The position numbers were made by a program, and so were the translations under genes. A model generated the notes under the pieces. It had not been told where the DNA came from. It searched no databases and saw only the letters and a program-made list of their open reading frames with translations. Shown piece by piece: positions 38,615 through 46,770 of a stretch of DNA of 59,255 nt. Numbering within the stretch: position 1 is the first letter of the stretch; every line of letters begins with the position of its first letter. Source of the stretch: an uncultured Gammaproteobacteria bacterium (GTDB taxonomy: Bacteria; Patescibacteriota; Microgenomatia; Daviesbacterales; UBA10151); assembly GCA_964396715.1 (NCBI GenBank), contig CAYNFQ010000004.1:1-59255 (forward strand), in the 5' to 3' direction.

Positions 38615-39256
38615 ATGGTAAATCCTGAATCAGCAGCTGGAAAAATAATTCATAATATTCACGAAAGGCTTCAAAAAGCCCAAGCTGCCAGGAATACTTT
38701 TGTTGGACCAAAATCTGCCGAAGAGAGACTTCTTGCTGCAATAACTGGTGCCAATACTCCCATTGCGAGAACAACAGAATCTGTTATCTCTCCTGAACGT
38801 GCTCGTGGTATAGTGACCAGAACAGAAGTCGTGCGAAACTGGATAGTAAATAATGCTCCAAGTTATGATGAAGAACCAAGTTCTAGGGTAGATGATGAGG
38901 AAGGATGGGCATATAATGGCGGAGGATTTGAAATATCTGCAGATGATGTTACAAAACCTTCAAGTCTTGTAACCCCATTTCTATTAAGTATTACAGAATC
39001 TCCGTCTATTCATGAACCAATAGCAGACATCTGGTTTTCAGTACTTAATGGTAACGAATATGCTCTATCAATAAGATTTTTTAGACAAAATGATACTCTT
39101 AGACGGAGAGGAATTCTGCACGAATATATTTCAAACCAAGGATCATTTGAAGAGATGCCGGAGGATGACGCAATTATCATTGAGGATGTAATTGGAAGGA
39201 CCATAAGACATCTTACAGATCAAGCAGAAATTAAACCTACTGGAGATAATAGTTAG
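38615..39256 (+). CDS. Hypothetical protein (213 aa)
   Basis: Long ORF with ATG start; no motif. Confidence 0.65.
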   Translation: MVNPESAAGKIIHNIHERLQKAQAARNTFVGPKSAEERLLAAITGANTPIARTTESVISPERARGIVTRTEVVRNWIVNNAPSYDEEPSSRVDDEEGWAYNGGGFEISADDVTKPSSLVTPFLLSITESPSIHEPIADIWFSVLNGNEYALSIRFFRQNDTLRRRGILHEYISNQGSFEEMPEDDAIIIEDVIGRTIRHLTDQAEIKPTGDNS

Positions 39257-39285
39257 AAAATTGACAGTTAAGTTATAATAGAAAC

Positions 39286-39615
39286 ATGACAAGAGATCAG
39301 GAACCACCTTTTATATCACCTCAAGACCGCCAGCCAATTCCTGAAGGTAATGGTTCAGGACAAATGAATCCACCTCGTTTAGCTGAACTATTAAGAAACC
39401 ACTTAATTCTTGCGAAAGGCGCGGTGCTTGGTGTTGGTAGTGGACTAGTTACTGGTGCAGCTTTTATTGTTGCTACGCATGAAGCTGGAATAGGTGATCC
39501 AAACAGCAGAGCTCTAGGGGCTCTAGTAGTTGCTTTAACATCTATTACTTGGGTACATCTAAGAGGAATGCGATCTGATTACCGGAGTTTATTGCATCCA
39601 TCCAGAAAAGCTTAG
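39286..39615 (+). CDS. Hypothetical membrane protein (2 TM)
   Basis: Two hydrophobic segments; TATAAT just upstream. Confidence 0.6.
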   Translation: MTRDQEPPFISPQDRQPIPEGNGSGQMNPPRLAELLRNHLILAKGAVLGVGSGLVTGAAFIVATHEAGIGDPNSRALGALVVALTSITWVHLRGMRSDYRSLLHPSRKA

Positions 39616-39689
39616 GATAAATTCAGAATCTTTCTTCCCTACTACGAGTATCTACCTGGATGTCTTAGGTTTTCTTCTGACATGGCAGA

Positions 39690-40228
39690 GAGCCCCGCTC
39701 TTTTAAGAGCGGGGGTGAATGCCATCCCGTAGCGCAGCAACTTTCTTAAGTTGCGAAGCGGAGGCTAATTTGTCATGATTTGTTGGTGGCAAGGATTTAC
39801 AAAAGCGGAGCATCAACAAAACATAGGTTACTCACACATCTGGCATGGTGTCCCAAATATCACAGGAGAGTACTCATAGGTAAGGTAGCAAAAAGGTTAT
39901 ATGAATTGTTCAAGGATTGTTGTGAGATGAATGATTGGCAAATCCATCAGATCAATATCCAAAAGGATCATGTCCACCTGCTCATTCAGGTAAACCCCAG
40001 AGATAGTATTGCCCATGTAATGCATTATCTCAAGGGTGGTTCATCAAGGATCATCAGAAAAGGGTTTCCGGAATTGGAAGAGTTTCTGTGGGGAGATTCA
40101 TTCTGGTCGGATGGATACTTTGCTGAGAGTGTTGGTAAAGTCAGTGAGGCTACAATCAAAAACTATATTAAAAACCAAAACAAATCATGACGTAGGAGCA
40201 AAAGCCCCGTCATTTATGACGGGGATTC
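39690..40228 (+). mobile_element. IS200/IS605-family element, TnpA only
   Basis: Subterminal hairpins CCCCGCTCTT-TT-AAGAGCGGGG (39693-39714) and CCCCGTCAT-TT-ATGACGGGG (40205-40224) flank tnpA; the ends are approximate. Confidence 0.85.
39780..40190 (+). CDS. tnpA: IS200/IS605 family transposase TnpA
   Basis: HLAWCPKYHRRVL, DHVHLLI (HUH), LKGGSSR, FWSDGYF, YIKNQ. Confidence 0.95.
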   Translation: MLVARIYKSGASTKHRLLTHLAWCPKYHRRVLIGKVAKRLYELFKDCCEMNDWQIHQINIQKDHVHLLIQVNPRDSIAHVMHYLKGGSSRIIRKGFPELEEFLWGDSFWSDGYFAESVGKVSEATIKNYIKNQNKS

Positions 40229-41029
40229 TATTACTCTCTTTTCAATTCTCCAAAGAATAGTTAGATATCTGGGATCTTCTTCTCCAGGATCTGTTTTGGA
40301 TAATTCGGTATACTTTGCTTCTGCTTCTTGATCTCCAATTTCTTTAGAGATCCAAACTGCAGCGTGATATTTTTGCATTTCAGCATAAGTATCTCTTAGT
40401 CTGGTACCTACCTCTAAATTACCTGCTAGTGAGGTATCTCTCTCCCAAATTCTAGGATCTCCAGGAGGAAAATCATCATCTGGATATTTTGGTAATAATC
40501 CAAAAAATTGTCTATTTAGAAGTAAGGAATCTTTTTCTAAAGTTCTAACTCTATCTAACCACTGAATATATTCAGGTAAATCTACTTTTTCATCTTTACC
40601 AGCCGCAACTATTGCATATACTAATCCACTCTCCAAAGCTCCGAATCTTCTCTGAAGGTTAAATCTTTCTGTCTCTACTGGAGATAATAATGCCCTGTCT
40701 CCTAACCTTGACATAGCACCAGCAAAACCTACAGCACTCTGTAAACCCTTCTTATATGCCTCAAGAGCGGAAATTAAATTTCCACCGCTTAATTCTTGAT
40801 TGGCAAATTCTTGATAAGCCTCCTCTGCCATCATAAAGGAGCCTGTCGTATCAAGAAAATGGACACCTCGTCTTAAGGTTCCCTCAACTCTAAAACGATT
40901 TCCCAGGATTGGAGGCATAAAGTCATAAACAACAGCTTCTTGTAAAGCAACGGGTTGTCCCGTACCTCTTGAGAGTACATCTGGATCTATTTGAACCCTT
41001 TTTAATTCACCAAAATCTGGTCTAGTCAT
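40214..41029 (-). CDS. Hypothetical protein (271 aa)
   Basis: Long ORF with ATG start; the 3' end overlaps the IS right hairpin. Confidence 0.65.
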   Translation of the reverse strand: MTRPDFGELKRVQIDPDVLSRGTGQPVALQEAVVYDFMPPILGNRFRVEGTLRRGVHFLDTTGSFMMAEEAYQEFANQELSGGNLISALEAYKKGLQSAVGFAGAMSRLGDRALLSPVETERFNLQRRFGALESGLVYAIVAAGKDEKVDLPEYIQWLDRVRTLEKDSLLLNRQFFGLLPKYPDDDFPPGDPRIWERDTSLAGNLEVGTRLRDTYAEMQKYHAAVWISKEIGDQEAEAKYTELSKTDPGEEDPRYLTILWRIEKRVIESPS

Positions 41030-41134
41030 AAATAATATCGGTTGTCCAAACTATAGGACGTATTAGACCATAATATTAGATGAAAGTCAAGCTAGAGTAT
41101 GCTTACCTAGTAGATTCTTTGGAATTTTAAGTTA

Positions 41135-41162
41135 TTGCGTAATTGCGCAAGTGTGTTATAAT
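41135..41162 (+). promoter_or_regulatory. Promoter overlapped by a palindromic operator
   Basis: TTGCGT, 16-bp spacer, TATAAT; the palindrome TTGCGTAATTGCGCAA (14/16) covers the -35 box. Confidence 0.6.
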
Positions 41163-41169
41163 TTGCTGC

Positions 41170-41643
41170 ATGGAATCTGATAAATCCATTATTCTAACAG
41201 AAGGTGTAGAGGCAAAAATTGACTATGCTGGAAAAATTGGACCAGGAGTTGATGGATACAGGGTAATTTTAAAAATTTATTCCACTCTACCAAGAACGAC
41301 AGCCGGGCTCATAAAAGAATATGAAGTTTGGGTATCACAGGAGTATCTTGAAGATAATGATTATACATTCAGTGATGAAGGTGCTAGTAAATTTGCCTTA
41401 GATGTAATCCAAAGGCGGTTTCAAGAATCCGGAAATAACGTTCCTAGAGAAAATGGATTAAAGGCCACCAGCGCACATGGTGTAGAGTTGGGAAATCCCC
41501 AATTCATATCTGATTCTTTGACACGATTAAATCTTGTGGTTAGAAAAAGTCAAGCAAAATGGTTAAAAGAACAAGCACGAAAACAAAATTCTAATGTGTC
41601 AGCCGTTGTTAGGAATATTTTAGAAGACATAAGGAATAAATAA
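41170..41643 (+). CDS. Hypothetical protein with C-terminal ribbon-helix-helix (CopG-like) domain
   Basis: C-terminus TRLNLVVRKSQAKWLKEQARKQNSNVSAVVRNILE fits the RHH pattern. Confidence 0.7.
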   Translation: MESDKSIILTEGVEAKIDYAGKIGPGVDGYRVILKIYSTLPRTTAGLIKEYEVWVSQEYLEDNDYTFSDEGASKFALDVIQRRFQESGNNVPRENGLKATSAHGVELGNPQFISDSLTRLNLVVRKSQAKWLKEQARKQNSNVSAVVRNILEDIRNK

Positions 41644-41644
41644 T

Positions 41645-42688
41645 ATGCCCAAGAAATTAACAATTATATTAGGTGCGGGAGCTTCACACAGCTTAAACCC
41701 AGATCCCAAGTCTTTGGATAACCAGGGATACAGACCTCCCTTAGCAAGAGATATTTTTGCAGGTAGTCGTGAATTTCGAGGGATACTTAACAAATATCCC
41801 TTGGCAGAAATTTTAGCAAGCGATATAGATAGAAGAATAAGACAGAATAAAGATGGAGTCGGTTTAGAACAAATACTAAAAACTTATGAGCAATTTCTAC
41901 GAGATGGAAAAGATGGGGCAATTACTAGACAATTCTTACAAATTCCTCTTTATTTAAATGAACTATTTGGGGAGATAACAACTCATTTTACTAAACAACC
42001 AGATGAATATAACAATTTAGTAAATTTGGCTTTGAGTCATTTAGATGAAGTATTATTTTTAACCCTAAACTATGACAATCTTTTAGAGATTCCTTTGTCC
42101 AGAAATTTCGACATAGATTTTTCAAAAGAAGAACATTACATCAAACAAGAAGGCTGGTCTTTAGTTAAGCTTCATGGATCAATAAATTGGTATAAGCAAT
42201 TTTCATCATTTCAAATTCAGGATAAAAATGATGGTGAATATTTTCGTTTACTAAAAACTTCTTCCCTACCCATACCCTTACAAGAAAATTTCGTTTTAAT
42301 CAGTATGAATGGTTATGGTAACAAATATATTAGTGATACCCCTGTATATCCAGCTTTAACAGTACCAGTTGACGGAAAATATGATATCAATTGTCCAGAA
42401 TCACATCAAGAAAAAGCTAGAAAATTTTTAGCTGACTGCCATAATTATTTAATTATTGGTACAAGTGGCAATGATCAGGATTTATTAGATTTATTAAAAA
42501 GTCATGTACGAAGCGCCCGTGTTATGTTAGTAGGTCGAGAGGAAGAAAGGATTAGGGAAACTAAAAGAAAATTCATGGATGCTGTACCACAATTTCAAAA
42601 TAGTATAGATACCTTTTACCATCAGAGAGGATTTAGTATGTTTGTTGAAAGTGGAAAGCTTGATGAATTCTTAGATTCAATAAGCTAG
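41645..42688 (+). CDS. SIR2-like (SIR2_2 family) protein
   Basis: IILGAGAS, FLTLNYDNLLE, VKLHGSINW, IIGTSGND; starts 1 bp after the upstream stop. Confidence 0.85.
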   Translation: MPKKLTIILGAGASHSLNPDPKSLDNQGYRPPLARDIFAGSREFRGILNKYPLAEILASDIDRRIRQNKDGVGLEQILKTYEQFLRDGKDGAITRQFLQIPLYLNELFGEITTHFTKQPDEYNNLVNLALSHLDEVLFLTLNYDNLLEIPLSRNFDIDFSKEEHYIKQEGWSLVKLHGSINWYKQFSSFQIQDKNDGEYFRLLKTSSLPIPLQENFVLISMNGYGNKYISDTPVYPALTVPVDGKYDINCPESHQEKARKFLADCHNYLIIGTSGNDQDLLDLLKSHVRSARVMLVGREEERIRETKRKFMDAVPQFQNSIDTFYHQRGFSMFVESGKLDEFLDSIS

Positions 42689-42768
42689 AAGAGTTCTTTA
42701 AAATTTTTGCGTTTTTTGAATCCGCTGTGGCGGATTGTTCGAGCCTCCGGTTTTACGAGCGAGGTCGG

Positions 42769-42788
42769 CCTGCCTGTCGGCAGACAGG
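42769..42788. repeat. REP-like palindrome of the CCTGCCTGCCGGCAGGCAGG family
   Basis: CCTGCCTGTCGGCAGACAGG, 18/20 match. Confidence 0.8.
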
Positions 42789-42792
42789 AATA

Positions 42793-42881
42793 CGGTTTTA
42801 GGTAGGGAACGAACATGAGCTTGGCGCCGACGATGCATGCGTCGATTGAAAATGCGTTCGAATTTGTTTGTATCGGAGTAC
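42793..42881 (-). repeat. 89-bp dispersed repeat, copy 2
   Basis: Inverted copy of 36944-37032, about 40 bp downstream of tRNA-Glu. Confidence 0.9.
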
Positions 42882-42923
42882 CGCAGAGGAATTTTAGTTC
42901 CTCAGCTTCAAAATCCCTTTCGG

Positions 42924-42997
42924 TACCGCCAACGGGAGTCGAACCCGTGATTTCCGGGATGAAAGCCCGATGTCCTAGGCCACTAGACGATGGCGGC
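42924..42997 (-). tRNA. tRNA-Glu(TTC)
   Basis: Acceptor GCCGCCA/TGGCGGT, anticodon arm TCGGG-CTTTCAT-CCCGG, TTCGACT. Confidence 0.95.
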
Positions 42998-43096
42998 AAG
43001 AGATAAAATTATACTTGAATTTTCAACTTTACTCAAATGCCTAAAATAGTTATTGACAATTAGAATAAATTTGTATTATTTTATATTTATTATTTA

Positions 43097-44554
43097 ATGA
43101 ATAATACTAACCCTTCTGAAAATTATCCTAATTCCTTAAAAAACTTCTTAGAAATTCCTTATGATGAATTGGAAGAGTTAAACCTTAAAGCCAAAGAAAA
43201 AGCAGAAACACTCAGTGCAAAAGAGTTAGAAACAGAATATTTAACCTTTCTTAAAAAAGAGAAGAAAATTAAGGCAGTCACTATTTGTTTTACGGATATA
43301 GAAGGTAGGCTGCATATGCTGGATTATGATAAAAAGTATCTGGTGGAGGCTTTAAACAATCTCACTTTTGACGGTTCCTCCATCAGGGGTTTCACTGCCC
43401 AATCTGAGTCTGATTTAAGGCTGGAGGTAGATTTTACCTCAATCAGGTATTTGCCATCTGATGTATTTGGTCCTGGAAAGGTGTTATTTTTTGCCTCTGT
43501 TTTAGACAGGGACAGAAAGCCATACTCTGCAGATTTTAGACGACAGTTGATAGAATATACCAGGGAACTGAAGAAAAAAAAGGGGATCACTGCTGTTGCT
43601 TCTGCGGAGATTGAGGGCTTTTTGATAGACGGGATTAATTCAGAGCAACTTTATGCTCAAAACAACGGGTTAAAATTGATTACCACAGGCGGTTATTACC
43701 ATTCTTTGCCGATGGACAAGCTGAGGATTTTTATAGACAGAGCAGCAGAAGCCCAAAGGTCAATGGGTTTTAGGAATGAAAAAGATCACCCTGAGGTGGC
43801 ACCTTCCCAGTTTGAGATGAACTTTTCTTATTCTGAGGTGATCAGAGCTGCTGATAATATTCAACTTTACAAGCTGGTTTGCCGGCAAGTGGCCAGGAAT
43901 ATGGGAATGACAGCCTGCTTTTTACCCAAGCCTTTTATGGGTATTAACGGTTCCGGCATGCACACCAACTTTTCTTTAAACAAAGGGGGTAAAAATATCT
44001 TTTATGATCCAAAAGGAGAGGACGGACTTTCAAAAGAGGCCTGGGAATTGATATTAAAACTTTTAAACCATGCACCGGAAATTTGCCTGATTTTTAACTC
44101 TTCTGTGAATGCTTACAGACGACTGGATCCGCATTTTGAAGCTCCTAACCAGATTAAAGTTTCACCAATAGACAGAGGTTCTATGATCAGGATACCGGTA
44201 GGTAATGAGAAAACCTCAAGAATTGAGCTTAGATCTGTGGCTCCTGATGCCAATCCTTATTTGGTTTTATATACTATTTTAAGGGTGGGTTTGGAGGGGG
44301 AAAGATTGGAAAAAGATGAGGACAAAAGGGAGCGTTCCAGGTTTTTGCCTGATAATATCTATGATGCAATCAGATTTTTTAAATCTTCTGATTTAGTGAG
44401 TCAGCTTTTGGGTGAAGAGAATAAGGAAAAATATGCCAGTTTTAAGCAAGCCTCAGCAGACAAATGCCCCAAAGCTTTAGGGACCCTTATTAAGAGCGCT
44501 GAAGTGATTTATCATCATGAGGTCACCAACCAGGTTCTTTGGAACGAGTTTTAA
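43097..44554 (+). CDS. glnA: Glutamine synthetase (type I-like)
   Basis: FDGSSIRGF..ESD, HPEVAPSQFE, PKPF..INGSGMHTN, NAYRRL.P.FEAP, RIELRS..PDANPYL. Confidence 0.95.
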   Translation: MNNTNPSENYPNSLKNFLEIPYDELEELNLKAKEKAETLSAKELETEYLTFLKKEKKIKAVTICFTDIEGRLHMLDYDKKYLVEALNNLTFDGSSIRGFTAQSESDLRLEVDFTSIRYLPSDVFGPGKVLFFASVLDRDRKPYSADFRRQLIEYTRELKKKKGITAVASAEIEGFLIDGINSEQLYAQNNGLKLITTGGYYHSLPMDKLRIFIDRAAEAQRSMGFRNEKDHPEVAPSQFEMNFSYSEVIRAADNIQLYKLVCRQVARNMGMTACFLPKPFMGINGSGMHTNFSLNKGGKNIFYDPKGEDGLSKEAWELILKLLNHAPEICLIFNSSVNAYRRLDPHFEAPNQIKVSPIDRGSMIRIPVGNEKTSRIELRSVAPDANPYLVLYTILRVGLEGERLEKDEDKRERSRFLPDNIYDAIRFFKSSDLVSQLLGEENKEKYASFKQASADKCPKALGTLIKSAEVIYHHEVTNQVLWNEF

Positions 44555-44645
44555 AGCTCTGAGACATTTGAGATGTAGATTAGGTTGTTGGGACAATTTA
44601 AACTTTAGACTTGACAAGCCAAGTAAAATGTTCTAACCTAAAATT

Positions 44646-45206
44646 ATGTCCGGTTTAACAGATGATGTTAAAAATACGCTGACCTCACTAATCTCTGGTG
44701 CAGGTGATATTTTGTCCACCACCCAAAATGTGGCTAAAGAAAATCTTGTCAAAGCTGTTCAGGGGGTGGGAATGGTGGCTGAAACAAGCACTCAGGCTGT
44801 GACAGATGTGGTCACCGGTGGAGTTGAAGCGCTTTCTGAAGCAGGAGGTTCTCTGACAGATGGTGTTACAGGTTTGGTCAGAGGTGTGGTTGATGGGGCA
44901 AAAGATGTGGGTATTGATACAACTGAGGCGGCAGGAGAAGCAGCTCAAACAGCAGTCAAAACAGTTTCTTCTGTTGGAGGAGATATAGGAGAAACAGCAG
45001 TGTCCGTAGTGAGAGGGGCAATTGAGGGGGCGGGAGATATTGGTGCAGATACGGGTGCTGTTGCAAAAGGTGCAGTGTTAGGTATTTTAAGGGCAGCGGA
45101 TGAAATAGGATCTGAAGCAGGATCTACTGTCAGAAAAGCCTTACTTAATGCGGCAACCTTGCCTCACGATATAATTGATGCACTGATTAGCGGAAAATCA
45201 GACTAG
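44646..45206 (+). CDS. Hypothetical Gly/Ala/Val/Thr-rich protein with 22-residue amphipathic repeats
   Basis: The (V/I/A)G motif recurs exactly every 22 aa; TTGACA promoter upstream. Confidence 0.8.
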   Translation: MSGLTDDVKNTLTSLISGAGDILSTTQNVAKENLVKAVQGVGMVAETSTQAVTDVVTGGVEALSEAGGSLTDGVTGLVRGVVDGAKDVGIDTTEAAGEAAQTAVKTVSSVGGDIGETAVSVVRGAIEGAGDIGADTGAVAKGAVLGILRAADEIGSEAGSTVRKALLNAATLPHDIIDALISGKSD

Positions 45207-45260
45207 GCTAAAGATCTTCAGCTTGCCTACATTTATCCAGAATCGTATAATATCCAGGAT

Positions 45261-45332
45261 GGGCCGGTAGCTCAGCGGTAGAGCAGGAGCCTTTTAAGCT
45301 CTTGGTCCTGGGTTCGATTCCCAGCCGGCTCA
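45261..45332 (+). tRNA. tRNA-Lys(TTT)
   Basis: Acceptor GGGCCGG/CCGGCTC, anticodon arm GGAGC-CTTTTAA-GCTCT, TTCGATT. Confidence 0.95.
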
Positions 45333-45506
45333 CTCTTCGACTCGCACAATATAATTGTACTCGCTCAGAGTAAACTCTATAAGAACAGCATAAACGGTGC
45401 TCGTTTATCCTGAGAGTAATCGAAGGACTCAGAGTAAACTCGAGTCGAAGAACCCTGAGCGTAGCGAAACCCTGAGTCTATCGAAGGGTGAGAGAAGTCG
45501 AAGGGC
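45333..45506. repeat. Cluster of nested CCTGAG...TCGAAGG REP-like elements
   Basis: TCCTGAGAGTAATCGAAGGA (45408-45427), CCCTGAGTCTATCGAAGGG (45470-45488) nested in a larger copy, and a 14-bp direct repeat CTCAGAGTAAACTC. Confidence 0.75.
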
Positions 45507-45509
45507 AAC

Positions 45510-45764
45510 ATGTCTTGGTACGTCTACATTGCAAAAGCAAAAACTGGCAGATACTATACCGGTATTACCACAAATCCAAATAAAAGAATTATTAAACATA
45601 ATTTGGGAAAGGGTTCAAGGTTTGCTATAGAGCAAGGTCCATTTGAACTGGTCTATATCTCCAAAGCATTTCCAGACAAATCAGAAGCAAGAAAACGGGA
45701 AATTCAGATTAAAGGTTGGTCAAGAGAAAAGAAATTAAAACTAATAAGCGGAGCGTGGAAGTAA
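45510..45764 (+). CDS. Small GIY-YIG nuclease family protein (84 aa)
   Basis: WYVYI....GRYYTGITTNPNKRIIKHN.GKG...ARKREIQIKGWSREKKLKLI. Confidence 0.92.
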   Translation: MSWYVYIAKAKTGRYYTGITTNPNKRIIKHNLGKGSRFAIEQGPFELVYISKAFPDKSEARKREIQIKGWSREKKLKLISGAWK

Positions 45765-45914
45765 AATTGAAAAATCCTCTCAGGATTCGAACTCATGATT
45801 AGATTGTTCTAGCAATCTTCTTTATTTTCAACTTACCCTTTAAAAGGAGATTTTCTTGAATTAAAGAATTCTTAGTAGAAAGCGTTTTGCTACCGACAAT
45901 CGAGGGATAAACAC

Positions 45915-46748
45915 TTATTGATCTAAAGTTGTTATGGGTCGAGATTGAATTATGTAAAAATTATCTTTCTCTAGAGCCCATTCAATATCTTGAGGACAAC
46001 CATAGTGTTCTTCAATTTTCTTACCCAACAGAGCAAGTTTTTTTATTTGGTTATCAGACAATGCAGACTGACTTCTTTTATTTTCTGGTACAGGAATTTC
46101 TTTATTTGCGCCTTCTTGCAACATAAGCATAACATCTTGAGTTTGGATATCCCTATCTTTTATTTCTATTGTGGCTTTATTTAGCAAAAAATTATCAGGA
46201 GTTATAATTCCCTGTACAAGCATTTCCCCTAAACCATATCCTGCTTCTATCATCATTTCATCGGCATCTTTGGTAATTGGATTGACGGTAAACATTACAC
46301 CGGATACTTCACTCTCAACCATTTTTTGTACTACTACAGCAACAATCATTCGATCCTCTGGTAAGTTTTGTTGAGCTGCATATGAGAGTGCCCTTTCCGA
46401 TTTAATAGAGTCCCAACATTTTCTAATACTATCTATTAAATTTTCCTTGGTTACATTCAAATAGCTTTCTAATTGACCGGCCCAGGAAGCTACAGACGAA
46501 TCCTCCGCTACGGCAGAGGAGCGCACAGCTACCCTTTCCGTTTTTAGGTTATCAAAAGCCTTGAATATTTCCTCTTCAACATCAGCGGGTAATTCTTGAT
46601 TATAAAATTGCAAATAAGCCTTTGTAGTAATCACAAAACCAGAAGGAACTGGTAAGCCAGCTTTTAACATTTCGCCTAATGAAACACCCTTACCCCCTGC
46701 AAGACTTACATCATTTTTTGAAATTGTTTCAAAGGTCTTAATTAGCAT
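45915..46748 (-). CDS. PEP/pyruvate-binding (PPDK_N, ATP-grasp) domain protein
   Basis: GGKGVSL, VPSGFVITT, VAVRSSAVAEDS..SWAGQ, SGVMFT.NP, PQDIEWA, IIQSRPITT. Confidence 0.92.
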   Translation of the reverse strand: MLIKTFETISKNDVSLAGGKGVSLGEMLKAGLPVPSGFVITTKAYLQFYNQELPADVEEEIFKAFDNLKTERVAVRSSAVAEDSSVASWAGQLESYLNVTKENLIDSIRKCWDSIKSERALSYAAQQNLPEDRMIVAVVVQKMVESEVSGVMFTVNPITKDADEMMIEAGYGLGEMLVQGIITPDNFLLNKATIEIKDRDIQTQDVMLMLQEGANKEIPVPENKRSQSALSDNQIKKLALLGKKIEEHYGCPQDIEWALEKDNFYIIQSRPITTLDQ

Positions 46749-46770
46749 GTTGTGGAATAAACAAACTACA

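Noticed and set aside
42685-43006. ORFs 42685-42999 (-) and 42815-43006 (+)
   Set aside because: They are translations of tRNA-Glu and the 89-bp repeat, with no protein-like signal.
45397-45630. 77-aa ORF
   Set aside because: It is built from the REP cluster and overlaps the GIY-YIG gene out of frame.
46501-46520. TCCTCCGCTACGGCAGAGGA hairpin as a REP insertion
   Set aside because: It encodes the conserved RSSAVAED motif of the PPDK_N domain, so the resemblance is probably coincidental.
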